DNA from: a virus
Reading direction: 5' to 3' (one strand)
IMG/VR virus record: IMGVR_UViG_3300037264_004923
Span: 37,764-101,763 of that record
Length of the DNA: 64,000 bases
In this document: positions 37,429 through 46,911 of the stretch, piece by piece
Position numbering within the stretch: position 1 is the stretch's first letter
Layout: each line of letters starts with the position of its first letter
Made by a program: the position numbers and the translations under genes
The notes under the pieces: generated by a model
What the model was told of the DNA's origin: nothing
Seen by the model: only the letters and a program-made list of their open reading frames with translations
Databases searched by the model: none

Positions 37429-37828
37429 CCTCTATAGAAATCACAGCGTTACTTGGCCCTGATTTCCTCGGACCTCCAAGAACTTCATCCTTTGTTCCTA
37501 CTCTTATGCCTGGACCGTACCCTTTAGACGGCTCACGGGTGCGGTGGACGGAGCGAACGGCAAGCCTCGCAGCAAGTTCAGGGTCTGTGCCTTCCATCTG
37601 ACTGGCTTCGGATAAAACTGCGGGGTCCATTGGGAAGGAAGTCTTACCCTTTTCCTGAATAGCGGCCTTCGGCGGCCGGCCGCGCTTTTTAGGAGCAGAT
37701 GTGTCGCCAGTAAGTTCCTTTATCAGGCTAATCTTGGCATCGATTTGAGAGATCTCAAAAAGCAAGGCTTCCTTATCAGCTTCCAGTTCCAAAATCTTTT
37801 CATTTAGCGCTTTTACAAAATCACTCAT
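37406..37828 (-). CDS. Coiled-coil protein with AT-hook-like motif
   Basis: KKRGRPPK; start placed at 37828. Confidence 0.6.
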   Translation of the reverse strand: MSDFVKALNEKILELEADKEALLFEISQIDAKISLIKELTGDTSAPKKRGRPPKAAIQEKGKTSFPMDPAVLSEASQMEGTDPELAARLAVRSVHRTREPSKGYGPGIRVGTKDEVLGGPRKSGPSNAVISIEDDENEPV

Positions 37829-38429
37829 TGCTTTCCCTCGTACTGACTTCGTGAATGTCGTCGATAATACCAAACGACTTGGCTTCAACAGGCCCCATGT
37901 ACTTATCCCGCTCAAAGATGTCTTTAACTTCTGTCAGAGACTTGCCTGTATTCTTCGCCAGAAGAGACATCATAGTATCGTTCAGGAAGACCATCTCCTC
38001 ATACTGGATTGCCACATCAGGAGCGGATCCGTGGGCGCCGCCTTGTACCTGATGCATCATAATGCGAGCATGCGGGAGCGCAAATCGCTTACCTTTGGTT
38101 CCCGCCGCCAATAAAAAGCAACCCATACTTGCTGCTTGCCCGATACAAATCGTTGCGATGTCGGGCTTAACATAACGCATAGTGTCGTAGATCCCCATGC
38201 CCGCATTCACTTCTCCTCCAGGAGAGTTTATGTACATGTAGATCTCTTTGTTAGGATCAGAACTTTCCAGAAACAGCAACTGCGCAATCACTGCGTTCGC
38301 CACCTGTGAATTGATCTGCGTTCCTAAAAAGATGATGCGGTCTTTTAGAAGGCGGGAGTAAAGATCGTAAGCCTTCTCGCTGCTTCCATCTTTTTCAATG
38401 ACAATAGGAAGAGGATAATAGGTAGTCAA
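37821..38429 (-). CDS. clpP: ATP-dependent Clp protease proteolytic subunit
   Basis: DLYSRLLKDRIIFL, YINSPGG, AASMG, MHQ, ERD. Confidence 0.96.
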   Translation of the reverse strand: MTTYYPLPIVIEKDGSSEKAYDLYSRLLKDRIIFLGTQINSQVANAVIAQLLFLESSDPNKEIYMYINSPGGEVNAGMGIYDTMRYVKPDIATICIGQAASMGCFLLAAGTKGKRFALPHARIMMHQVQGGAHGSAPDVAIQYEEMVFLNDTMMSLLAKNTGKSLTEVKDIFERDKYMGPVEAKSFGIIDDIHEVSTRESNE

Positions 38430-38444
38430 ATCAGAGTTCCTTTA

Positions 38445-38627
38445 TTAGCAAAAGGCAACTGCATTGCCGATAACGAGAAGCCCGCGCCCGACGCAAATCT
38501 CACAGATTTGCTTCTCTCCTTGGAGAGGATCTGCGCTATACGCATTATGAACGAAGATTTCTCCGTTCTTACATGCAGGATCGGGGCACTGGATAATGCT
38601 AGTGATCTGTGAAACTTCAGCAGCCAA
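38445..38627 (-). CDS. Small Zn-finger protein
   Basis: CPDPAC..G, CEICVGRG; downstream of promoter and RBS. Confidence 0.6.
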   Translation of the reverse strand: MAAEVSQITSIIQCPDPACKNGEIFVHNAYSADPLQGEKQICEICVGRGLLVIGNAVAFC

Positions 38628-38654
38628 TACAGAACTCCTTCTTTGGACACTCCA

Positions 38655-38687
38655 ATAATAAGCAATGAACCCTTAAATGTCAAGAAT
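38655..38687 (-). promoter_or_regulatory. sigma70-type promoter (ATTC-TTGACA-17bp-TATTAT) driving the clpP operon
   Basis: -35 at 38683-38678, -10 at 38660-38655. Confidence 0.8.
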
Positions 38688-38695
38688 GCCAAATA

Positions 38696-39502
38696 TCAAT
38701 CGCTGTAAGTTCGGATATCCCCCACGTAGTTCTTCTTCATGTGTTCGGTGTGGGCTTTGACTGCCAACTTTCGTGCTTCCTCAGCTTCTTCAGGAGTAGC
38801 GCCTCCCAATCTTCCGTCCGCCAACATGTGGTGGCGGCGGCATAGAGGCAACCAGTTCATTCCATCAAGGGGGTTGTTCTCATGATCCCCGTCAATGTGA
38901 TGGCAATCTACGAAACGAGCATTTTCCCCCTCAACCAAATCACAGCCAGGAAAAAAGCACTTTAGGGGCGCTCCAAAGATCCTCTTTAGGCGGTACTTAC
39001 CCTTGCTCTGATAGAGATGGCGAGAACGCCCGCCCTTCCAAGAATTTCCTTTTTCCGCAGACTGCGACTCGGATCTCCGTCGCCGCCCTTCCTCAGAAAC
39101 CACAACAGCCCTAAGCTTCAGGCGGGTTTCGTGGCTCACCGAATGCCCCATAAGAGCAGCACTAATAGCGAGCTTATGCTCTTCGGAAAGAGCCTTTCCT
39201 AAACGAGACTGCCTGATCTTTTCCTTGGTTGCTTCGGAATGAGGACGGCCTATAAGACGTAGGTCGGTCGGCTTAAGACCTGAGGAAGTTTTAGTATTTA
39301 GCTTCCCCGTCTTCCTCAGGATGTATTTCAAGCGAGCCAGCTGCTGTTTTCGTTTCGTCAAAGGCGAAACGACTTCCGCACCTGGGTAGGCTAATTTGTA
39401 TTGCTTTATAGTCAGTCCGTGTCTTCGCGTATGGCGGGACAGGGCCTTGAAACGCTCGAAACAAACTTCACACTTAACTGTCGGAGCGAGATGGCGACCC
39501 AA
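38696..39502 (-). mobile_element. HNH homing endonuclease with Zn-finger and NUMOD3 repeats
   Basis: CEVC..H..H, HSEATKEKI, HHIDGDHENN..NWLPLCRRHH; adjacent to nrdJ. Confidence 0.82.
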
Positions 39503-39552
39503 GGGTCACCTCCTTTTACTCCCCGTCTATCTGTAAAGTATTTCTCCCCGCG

Positions 39553-42108
39553 TTAGGAGCAGGCGCTTGATCCACAATCTGCGCACTTAGAACAACCTTC
39601 CTGCATAGTCAGGTTAGATCCACCGCACGCAGAACACTTGGAAACAGCGAGTATCTCCTCTTCAGAAATGTACTTTCGAAGTACTCGGAGCATTGCTTTA
39701 CTAAAGGTCGTGATGTCCCCGTCGCACTTGGAAAGTTGATCTACCAGAGCATTTAGTGGTGCTCCGTGGCGAAGCGAAGTAGAAAGCAAGCGAGTAATCA
39801 TGCGATGTTCATCCGACATCAAATGCTTAGCAATGTCCTTGATTACCCATGTATCTTCACCGGCACCGATAACCAAATCATATCGTCCGTTTCCGCCTCG
39901 ACGTAGATCACCTTTGCTCTTGGAGGAAGGGATTTGAATCTGTTCCTCCGGAAAGCAGAAGATCTCGTAGGGTTTCCCATGCAGCAGTCCTACCAGAACC
40001 TTCCACTTATCTCCCTTTACACTTACGGCATGAATGTCGCAAATCAAGTCTTCTGGTCTCTTTGGTGCGCCGATGGTAATAATGGTCGGCGGGCGAGCAG
40101 AAGAAGATTTAGCAGTGCTCTTCAGGGTCTCCAAGATCTGGGACTTGGACCCATCACGATAGACCGCGGTGGATTTGATACCCAGGTCATAAGCCCCAAC
40201 ATAAGCTTGCATAATGTCTTCTACGGTTGCCGAGTTTGGTAAGTTGATGGTCTTGGATACAGACGAATCAACCTGCTCGGCAAAGACAGCCTGCATCTTC
40301 AGATGGTTTTCCCATGAAATCTCCTGAGCTTCTTCAAATACTTTGGGAACTCGCTTATGCTTGCGTAGTTCCTTTAGGTTGAATTTGTAATCCCCGTAAT
40401 TGATATCCTTGGACTTTAGCCAGTCTGTGAAAGACGGGCAGCCGTCCATAATAGTGCCAATGTTAGAATTACGCATGTACGCCATCGCGAAGTAAGGCTC
40501 GCAACCAGCAGAGTAGCCAGTTATTGTGCCCGTAGTTCCCGTGGGCGGCTGGGTAAGAACGGTTACATTGGCTATTCCCTGATTCTTTAGCTTTTCATCC
40601 AAATCCGGTCGTTCTTTTATTAGCTGCTGAACAAACTTACTCTGGATAAATCCCTCGTAGTTGAAGGCAGGGAAGGGGCCGATTTCTTTTGCGAGATCTA
40701 TAGATGCTTCATAAGCAGCGTGCTTGATAAACTTCAGGATCTTCTTGGCCAAGGCTCTGCCGCTATCTTCGCTATAGAGATAATCATCTCCAGAGCGGGT
40801 AGATGCGCGAATGAGTAATTCGTGCATACCTATAGTGCCAAGACCAATGCGTCTTTCCAATAGAGTATTTTCATCAATTTGGGTAATGTGTGTTTTATTC
40901 AAAAGAGTGATGTTGTTTAATGCGCGCACCAAAATTGACACGGACTCTTTCAGCCCATCCCAGTCTATGGACCCATCGTCCTTTACAAACTCAGGAAGAA
41001 CTACATTGGAGAGACAGCACACAGACCAACGTGGCAAAATTTCCTCGGCGCATGGATTTGTTGCCTCCAAAGGATTGAAATATTCCCCGTTGTGATAAGC
41101 CCTTGCGCGATCAATAAAGAAGATACCAGGACAGCCATCTTCCCACGCATTACTACAAATCTTATGGAACCACTCGTAAGCTGTTAGCCCATAAGGGCCC
41201 CTCATCAACTCCAGTGCTTTGTTATTTCTGAAGGGGAGCTCATTAGACGCCTGATGAAGAGCAATCTCCAAATTGGGAGCGCAGACCGTGATGGTGGTCG
41301 GAGTCTCCAGGACATCTCCGCCGGCCAGGCAATCCTTCAATACTGCCTTGAAGTCCCACAGGTGCCAGTCTTCATCTTTCCAGTGAAGCCGCCAGGGTTT
41401 CTTTACTTCTCTTTTTACTTGACGCATAAATTCGTCAGACAGTCCTACAGAGACATTGAAGGTTTGCCATTGATGAGGATTTAGCCATTGCCATTGCTTA
41501 AACTTGTTCTCGTCGGCAATCACTGCGAACTTGCGGATGTTCTCCCAGTTACTACGAGATTTCTTGGTAATGAATTTTAGAAGGCCGGGATGCCAATCTT
41601 CCAAGATACCCATATTGGCGCCGGAACGATTTCCACCTTGCTGAACGTTAGACGACAGGTACCCCATCGCAGTAATGAAACCTTCTGGGCCAGAAGCTCG
41701 CGCGTTCGCACCTTTACACCAGGCGCCGCTGGGACGCAGGCTGGAGAAGTTAATCCCAGTTCCTCCGCCGTGGGCTTGAATGTGAAAATGAATGCGCTGA
41801 CATTCAGAGATTTCCTCACGGCTATCTCCAATTCCCAATACGAAGCAATTCAGCATGTTGCTGATTGAGGTTCCAGCTTGTGCAAGCGGGCGGCCTGCGT
41901 ACATGATTTTCTTATCTTCACAAAGGCGCTGCGCGATTTCTTTATGAGCAGGGTCGTTCTGGAAGATGTAGTTATTGACGCGCTGAAAGGACTGGAAAAT
42001 GTTCGTCTCAAGGGCGTTTCCAGCGAGGTCCTTCAGATAATACCTAGCTTTCGCAATCTCCTCGTGAGCAGGATTGATAAAGTAAGTCTCAGGAATGTAT
42101 TTAGGCAT
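39553..42108 (-). CDS. nrdJ: Adenosylcobalamin-dependent (class II) ribonucleotide reductase
   Basis: NCFV, TNPCAE, RRIGLG, PPTGT, SKTINLP, YRDGS, C-terminal TSCPD/Zn ribbon; no beta subunit nearby. Confidence 0.9.
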   Translation of the reverse strand: MPKYIPETYFINPAHEEIAKARYYLKDLAGNALETNIFQSFQRVNNYIFQNDPAHKEIAQRLCEDKKIMYAGRPLAQAGTSISNMLNCFVLGIGDSREEISECQRIHFHIQAHGGGTGINFSSLRPSGAWCKGANARASGPEGFITAMGYLSSNVQQGGNRSGANMGILEDWHPGLLKFITKKSRSNWENIRKFAVIADENKFKQWQWLNPHQWQTFNVSVGLSDEFMRQVKREVKKPWRLHWKDEDWHLWDFKAVLKDCLAGGDVLETPTTITVCAPNLEIALHQASNELPFRNNKALELMRGPYGLTAYEWFHKICSNAWEDGCPGIFFIDRARAYHNGEYFNPLEATNPCAEEILPRWSVCCLSNVVLPEFVKDDGSIDWDGLKESVSILVRALNNITLLNKTHITQIDENTLLERRIGLGTIGMHELLIRASTRSGDDYLYSEDSGRALAKKILKFIKHAAYEASIDLAKEIGPFPAFNYEGFIQSKFVQQLIKERPDLDEKLKNQGIANVTVLTQPPTGTTGTITGYSAGCEPYFAMAYMRNSNIGTIMDGCPSFTDWLKSKDINYGDYKFNLKELRKHKRVPKVFEEAQEISWENHLKMQAVFAEQVDSSVSKTINLPNSATVEDIMQAYVGAYDLGIKSTAVYRDGSKSQILETLKSTAKSSSARPPTIITIGAPKRPEDLICDIHAVSVKGDKWKVLVGLLHGKPYEIFCFPEEQIQIPSSKSKGDLRRGGNGRYDLVIGAGEDTWVIKDIAKHLMSDEHRMITRLLSTSLRHGAPLNALVDQLSKCDGDITTFSKAMLRVLRKYISEEEILAVSKCSACGGSNLTMQEGCSKCADCGSSACS

Positions 42109-42141
42109 CTGGCTTTCGAGCCTCCTAATATAGAGAATGGT

Positions 42142-42501
42142 CTAAAGTATCGTAGTACCTACGGAAAGTCCGTGCTGTTCAAAAAATCCAACTGGAACTT
42201 CAAGCGCATAGCGCACAAGCTCATAAGATTGCTGAATGGAACCGAACATAGGGTCAAGAGTTTCAATCTGCTTGATCTCACCCCATTCGGAAATGAATGC
42301 CACCTGTACAGGGAACTTTAACCCGCGCGGTGTCATGGCAACTGACATTTCGTATCCAAAATCAAAAAGCATTCCGTCGTATGGCTCTAAACTGGCGACT
42401 CCGGAAAGCCCACGAACCAGATCCAAGGTTCGAACGGCCACTGAAAAGTTAAATACTTTACCATTAATGGTATAGGCTTTACCTTCTGGAAATGCGGTCA
42501 T
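42142..42501 (-). CDS. DUF192 family protein
   Basis: RGLSG...GMLF...YALEVPVG. Confidence 0.8.
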   Translation of the reverse strand: MTAFPEGKAYTINGKVFNFSVAVRTLDLVRGLSGVASLEPYDGMLFDFGYEMSVAMTPRGLKFPVQVAFISEWGEIKQIETLDPMFGSIQQSYELVRYALEVPVGFFEQHGLSVGTTIL

Positions 42502-42982
42502 CGATTATTCTCCTTCTTCGGACGTAGCGCTCTACATCATACGATAGTAGGTCTATCTCGCGGCTAACATCGTTCAATACTTCAACAACCTGAGGAAACT
42601 TGGCGGAAAGCTCATTGAAAACACCACTCTGGATGTTAGCGTACGCTGTCCTTCCCATGTCTATGTAATCTCCAAGGGTGAAAAGATTCCTTCGGTTTTC
42701 TAAGCTGTCAGGAAAGATACCAGAAACAAATAGAGACACATCCCCCGCAACCTGCAAGTATTCTCTTCTAACATAACCTTCGGAATTCAAACCTTGTCGC
42801 AATAAATCAATCACATATAAACTCTTCGGAGCAAGGCTATGTGCCGTAGCCGAAAGATCGCTTACAACAGATACGATGTATTCTTTGGCTCCAGGACTCA
42901 AAACCAAACGCTGCGTTTGAACGGAAGCAGTGATAAGCACTGAAAAAAACTCTGGTATATCCTCTTCAGAGTATCTCTCCAA
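42479..42982 (-). CDS. Conserved bacterial-type hypothetical protein
   Basis: GDVSLFVSGIFPDSL...YIDMGRTAY...VFNELSAKF. Confidence 0.7.
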   Translation of the reverse strand: MERYSEEDIPEFFSVLITASVQTQRLVLSPGAKEYIVSVVSDLSATAHSLAPKSLYVIDLLRQGLNSEGYVRREYLQVAGDVSLFVSGIFPDSLENRRNLFTLGDYIDMGRTAYANIQSGVFNELSAKFPQVVEVLNDVSREIDLLSYDVERYVRRRRIIDDRISRR

Positions 42983-43001
42983 GGCGAGTCACCTCCTGGT
43001 T

Positions 43002-45014
43002 TTACTTTGACCAGTGCTTGGCGATAGTGACGGAAACCTTATCCTTATTGCCTACTGGCACGGTTTTGATAAAGCGTCTAAATGCCTCTCTCATAACTTC
43101 TGCCTTAACTTGGGACACATACTTTGCTATAGAAACAGGGCATTCTGAAACAATTTCGTCATGCACAGTGAATAGAATCTTCGCGCCGGGAATTTCATCG
43201 TAGGCCTCCTGGAGTCGATTGATTGCCTCTTTGATGATGTCGGCGTTGGTTCCCTGAATGACGTGGTTGTTTCCCATACGACGGGTAGCCCCACGAGAAC
43301 GCTTGAACATTTCCTCATCCGAAGGATCGGCAAGTTGGAAATACTTCTTGCGTCCCAAAATAGTCTTGGCGTATCTGTTCGCAACCGTCTCATGGGCGTT
43401 GCGATCAAGCCACCGCTTGATACCATGATAGGTCTTGAAGTAGTTGTTCAAGATTTCTTCTGCTTCTTCCATAGGGATCTTGAAGCGTTCCGACAAAGAC
43501 CAAGCACTCAGACCATAAATAATACCGAAGTTTATGGTCTTCGTCTTGCTGCGGTAATCATAGACCGCTTTATGCATTGCGATCTGTTCCTTGGAAAAGA
43601 AAGCCTCAAGTCTAACTTCGGGACCATCCTTTTCCTTGACGGCGGAAAAAGTAGCAAGATCAGCATCGGTATAACCGAAAACCTGCTGCGAGGTAATAAT
43701 ATGGAGATCCTGATCCTTTCGGAAGATCTCCAAGAACCTTGAATCCTGGCTTACTTCAGCAAGGATGCGCAATTCGCACTGGGAGTAATCAGCGGTCAGC
43801 ATAACGTTGCCTTCCGCAGGGACGTATGCTTCGGCTTCCTGCTCGGCGATGCTGGGAAGGACGGCCGGCGCAGCTTCGAAGCAATCTCGGAATGAAAGGC
43901 TGACCTCCGCGTCCGGATCATCCTTATCATTCGGAATGTTCTGAATGTTAGGGTTCTCGGAACTGAGGCGCCCCGTATCTGCTCCCAGCTGGTGAAGAGT
44001 AAAGTGAAGACGCCCGGTAGTTCTGTTGATCTTCTTGAGGATCGCCTCTCCATAGGTGGAGATCATCTTGTTGTAAGCTCGATACCCCATGATGAGCTTG
44101 GCAAGAGGATGAGGAATCTTCTTCAGGGCCTTCTGATCGACATTTTCCAGTTCAAAGCCCAGTTTCTTAAAGGCATCCATTAGCTGAGGCTGGCTATCTA
44201 TGTTGAAGATTACCTCTCCGAACAGAGTGTTCTGGTCGCACAAAGGCTCTATATGTACGGCTATTTCTTTCTTAAAGCCTTGGGCTTTGCGCTCTGCTTC
44301 GGCAATGATGCCGCGCCATTTCTCCTGATTGATGTAGATTCCATTCATTTCCATTTCAGCAACGGGGCGAATGAACTCAAACTCAAGCAACGCGGTTTCA
44401 ATCAAACCATCGTCCATAAGAAGCTGAGAAAGAATGTCGCAAAGAGGATGAAGAACTGCAACGTCAGAAGCGGCGTACTGAAGCTGGGCAGAAGTGAATT
44501 CCTTTTGATAGGAATGATCAGCAAAGGTCTGTCGAACGGACTTATCGAGGGAAATACCAAGATACTTCTGAGTTAAGAAGTTCAAACCCTTGTAAGGGAA
44601 ACGCTTCATGTTCTTATCACGGAAACCAGCAGGAACCCACCCACCCTTACCATCCTCGATACGACCAGAGGTTAGCAGCCTATAGGCGAGCATGGTATCG
44701 AACAGGTTCCGAATAACGATTCCAGTATTCTTCTTGGTCGCTTGATAGTCGAACTTCGCGTTATGGAGAACCTTCAGGATCTCTTTAGACTCAAGTACTG
44801 GCTTGATGATTTCCGTATTTACTTTGCGCGCATCAAAAAGATAAGTCGTATCTTCCGTACCCAGCTGCATAAGTAGCAATTTAGCCTTACCGCTTACCAC
44901 ATCAAGTCCGGTGGTCTCGGTGTCATACCCTAAGCGCTTATGAGTAGCCAGAAATTCTACGGCTCGTTCAGCTTCTGGGTTGTTATCTATGTAGATGTAT
45001 TCGGTAGAACTCAC
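43002..45014 (-). CDS. polA: Family A DNA polymerase with 3'-5' exonuclease and no 5'-3' exonuclease
   Basis: DTETTG, HNAKFD, TGRLSS.NPNIQNIP, ADYSQCELR, KTINFGIIYG, VHDE. Confidence 0.95.
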   Translation of the reverse strand: MSSTEYIYIDNNPEAERAVEFLATHKRLGYDTETTGLDVVSGKAKLLLMQLGTEDTTYLFDARKVNTEIIKPVLESKEILKVLHNAKFDYQATKKNTGIVIRNLFDTMLAYRLLTSGRIEDGKGGWVPAGFRDKNMKRFPYKGLNFLTQKYLGISLDKSVRQTFADHSYQKEFTSAQLQYAASDVAVLHPLCDILSQLLMDDGLIETALLEFEFIRPVAEMEMNGIYINQEKWRGIIAEAERKAQGFKKEIAVHIEPLCDQNTLFGEVIFNIDSQPQLMDAFKKLGFELENVDQKALKKIPHPLAKLIMGYRAYNKMISTYGEAILKKINRTTGRLHFTLHQLGADTGRLSSENPNIQNIPNDKDDPDAEVSLSFRDCFEAAPAVLPSIAEQEAEAYVPAEGNVMLTADYSQCELRILAEVSQDSRFLEIFRKDQDLHIITSQQVFGYTDADLATFSAVKEKDGPEVRLEAFFSKEQIAMHKAVYDYRSKTKTINFGIIYGLSAWSLSERFKIPMEEAEEILNNYFKTYHGIKRWLDRNAHETVANRYAKTILGRKKYFQLADPSDEEMFKRSRGATRRMGNNHVIQGTNADIIKEAINRLQEAYDEIPGAKILFTVHDEIVSECPVSIAKYVSQVKAEVMREAFRRFIKTVPVGNKDKVSVTIAKHWSK

Positions 45015-45925
45015 TTTAAAGCCTTTCGTCTTGCCTTAATAAGCACTATGATCTCTTCGTCAAAGTTAGCTTGTGCCTCGAAACCCAAAATCTCCTTGGC
45101 TGGTTTAGGATTTGCTATTAGGGTTTGAAAGGGAATGGCATTATTCGTCGGGTAAAATTTGATCTGCCCGGTGTAACCGGATGCCTCTTTCAACTTATGA
45201 ACCAAGTCTTGAACTACAATACCCTTGCCTGTTCCGATGTCTAATCGAACAGAGTTCTTTTCTATCTTAACCGTCGTTGCTAACTCACATGCTCGCACAG
45301 CGTCGGAAATGTGAAGGCAATCAATCTTTTCTTTCACACCAAACACACCCAAGGTTTGGTTTTGAACCATCCCGTTAGCCAAGAAATTCAGCAGGCTCGT
45401 GGATGTGTAAGGAACGTTATGCCCGTAGATCTCCGAGAACCGCAGCGTGATTAGCTGGCGACTGCCCTCAGGAAAGCGCAGGAAAACACTTTCCAAAAGA
45501 TCTTCTGCGGCCCGTTTGGATACTCCATAGTGAGATACAGGTTCTTCCGCGGCCAAAGTGGAAGCAAAGATTACCCGCTGTACGACGCTGCGCAGAGCCA
45601 GGCAGGCTTGCAAAACGTTAGCTGTCCCTACATAGTTGATTTCCGCACAGGTTTTGAAATCTCCAATAGTCTCTGGGCGGCTATTGAATGCCGCCAAATG
45701 AATGATCGCTTCAGGTTTGAAACGTTCCATTCCACGAAGTACGTCGTAGTAATTGCGAATGCTACCGCTAATGGGAGGAAGAACATTCTTACTCTTATGG
45801 GGCTTCTTCGGGAATCCATGAGAAAACGTATCCAGAACCTGAATAGTATTGGAGCGAGTTTTAGCCAGCGAGTTTACCAGCGCGCTCCCGAGGAAGCCTG
45901 CTCCTCCCAATACCATTATGCGCAT
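45011..45925 (-). CDS. NAD-dependent epimerase/dehydratase
   Basis: GGAGFLG, YGVSK. Confidence 0.9.
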   Translation of the reverse strand: MRIMVLGGAGFLGSALVNSLAKTRSNTIQVLDTFSHGFPKKPHKSKNVLPPISGSIRNYYDVLRGMERFKPEAIIHLAAFNSRPETIGDFKTCAEINYVGTANVLQACLALRSVVQRVIFASTLAAEEPVSHYGVSKRAAEDLLESVFLRFPEGSRQLITLRFSEIYGHNVPYTSTSLLNFLANGMVQNQTLGVFGVKEKIDCLHISDAVRACELATTVKIEKNSVRLDIGTGKGIVVQDLVHKLKEASGYTGQIKFYPTNNAIPFQTLIANPKPAKEILGFEAQANFDEEIIVLIKARRKALK

Positions 45926-45940
45926 GCCTGTCCTTTTTCC

Positions 45941-46897
45941 TTATACCGCGCAGTAAAACTTCTTCGGGTCCTTTTGGTATTCCTCATACCAGGGGATGCA
46001 GGCTCGAATACCTTCGCGGATACCAAACTTACACTTCCAACCAAGTTCTTCCAGCTTCGTGGAATCCAAGTATTGCTCCTTGATCTCAATGAAGTCCTTT
46101 TCCAAGATCTCCGGTTCGATGTCGGTTCCCATTTCCTCAAGTACCATACTCACGGTATCGAAGATGTTCTGGAAACCAGAACCACCAATATTGTAAGCAT
46201 GTCCAGGAAGACCACGATCCTGAACCGTGAGATAAGCATCAACCACGTCGTCGATGTACATAAACTCGCGCTTATAGTTGCCGACGCCCTTATAGATAAT
46301 GGGGCGTTCCCCCGCCAGAACACGCAGAATGCTACCAGGAATGATACGAGATTTGTTCAAATCACCAGGACCAAAAATGTTTCCAGAACGAATAATAGAA
46401 GTGTCCAGCCCATAGGTGTAGTGATAACTCTGGGTAAGAAGGTCCGTACAGGATTTGGAGGTGCTGTAGGGATCACTTGCCAAAAGAGCATAGTCTTCCT
46501 TGTACGGAAGAATATCGTGGTTTCCGTATGCCTTATCAGAGGAGGCAACAACCACCTTGGACACATGCTTACATTCCCGAGCGGCTTCCAGCACATTGAT
46601 CGTACCCATAATGTTGGTCTGAAAGCAAGTCTTCGGATCGTAGGTCGCCATCTTAAGGATGGTGATGGCTCCTATGTGAAAAATGGTATCGATTTCGTAC
46701 TTGGAAACCGCGTAGCGCACGGTATCGTAATCACGAAGATCTCCATGAACTACTGAAATGTTCTCCAGAATGTCCCGCCGAGACTTGTAGTTCTTGTCTC
46801 GAATAAGACCAACCACCGTCTTGTTCATACGCAGTAGTCGATCAACAACAGCAGCCCCCACGAAGCCATTGGCACCAGTTACGAGTACATTTTTCAA
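45941..46897 (-). CDS. NDP-sugar 4,6-dehydratase (CDP-glucose/GDP-mannose type)
   Basis: TGANGFVG, ASSDKAY, PYSTSK, GNIFGPGD. Confidence 0.9.
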   Translation of the reverse strand: MKNVLVTGANGFVGAAVVDRLLRMNKTVVGLIRDKNYKSRRDILENISVVHGDLRDYDTVRYAVSKYEIDTIFHIGAITILKMATYDPKTCFQTNIMGTINVLEAARECKHVSKVVVASSDKAYGNHDILPYKEDYALLASDPYSTSKSCTDLLTQSYHYTYGLDTSIIRSGNIFGPGDLNKSRIIPGSILRVLAGERPIIYKGVGNYKREFMYIDDVVDAYLTVQDRGLPGHAYNIGGSGFQNIFDTVSMVLEEMGTDIEPEILEKDFIEIKEQYLDSTKLEELGWKCKFGIREGIRACIPWYEEYQKDPKKFYCAV

Positions 46898-46911
46898 GGT
46901 AAATCTCCTAT

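Noticed and set aside
45530-46756. 408-aa plus-strand ORF
   Set aside because: It is the antisense shadow of the two well-supported epimerase/dehydratase genes.
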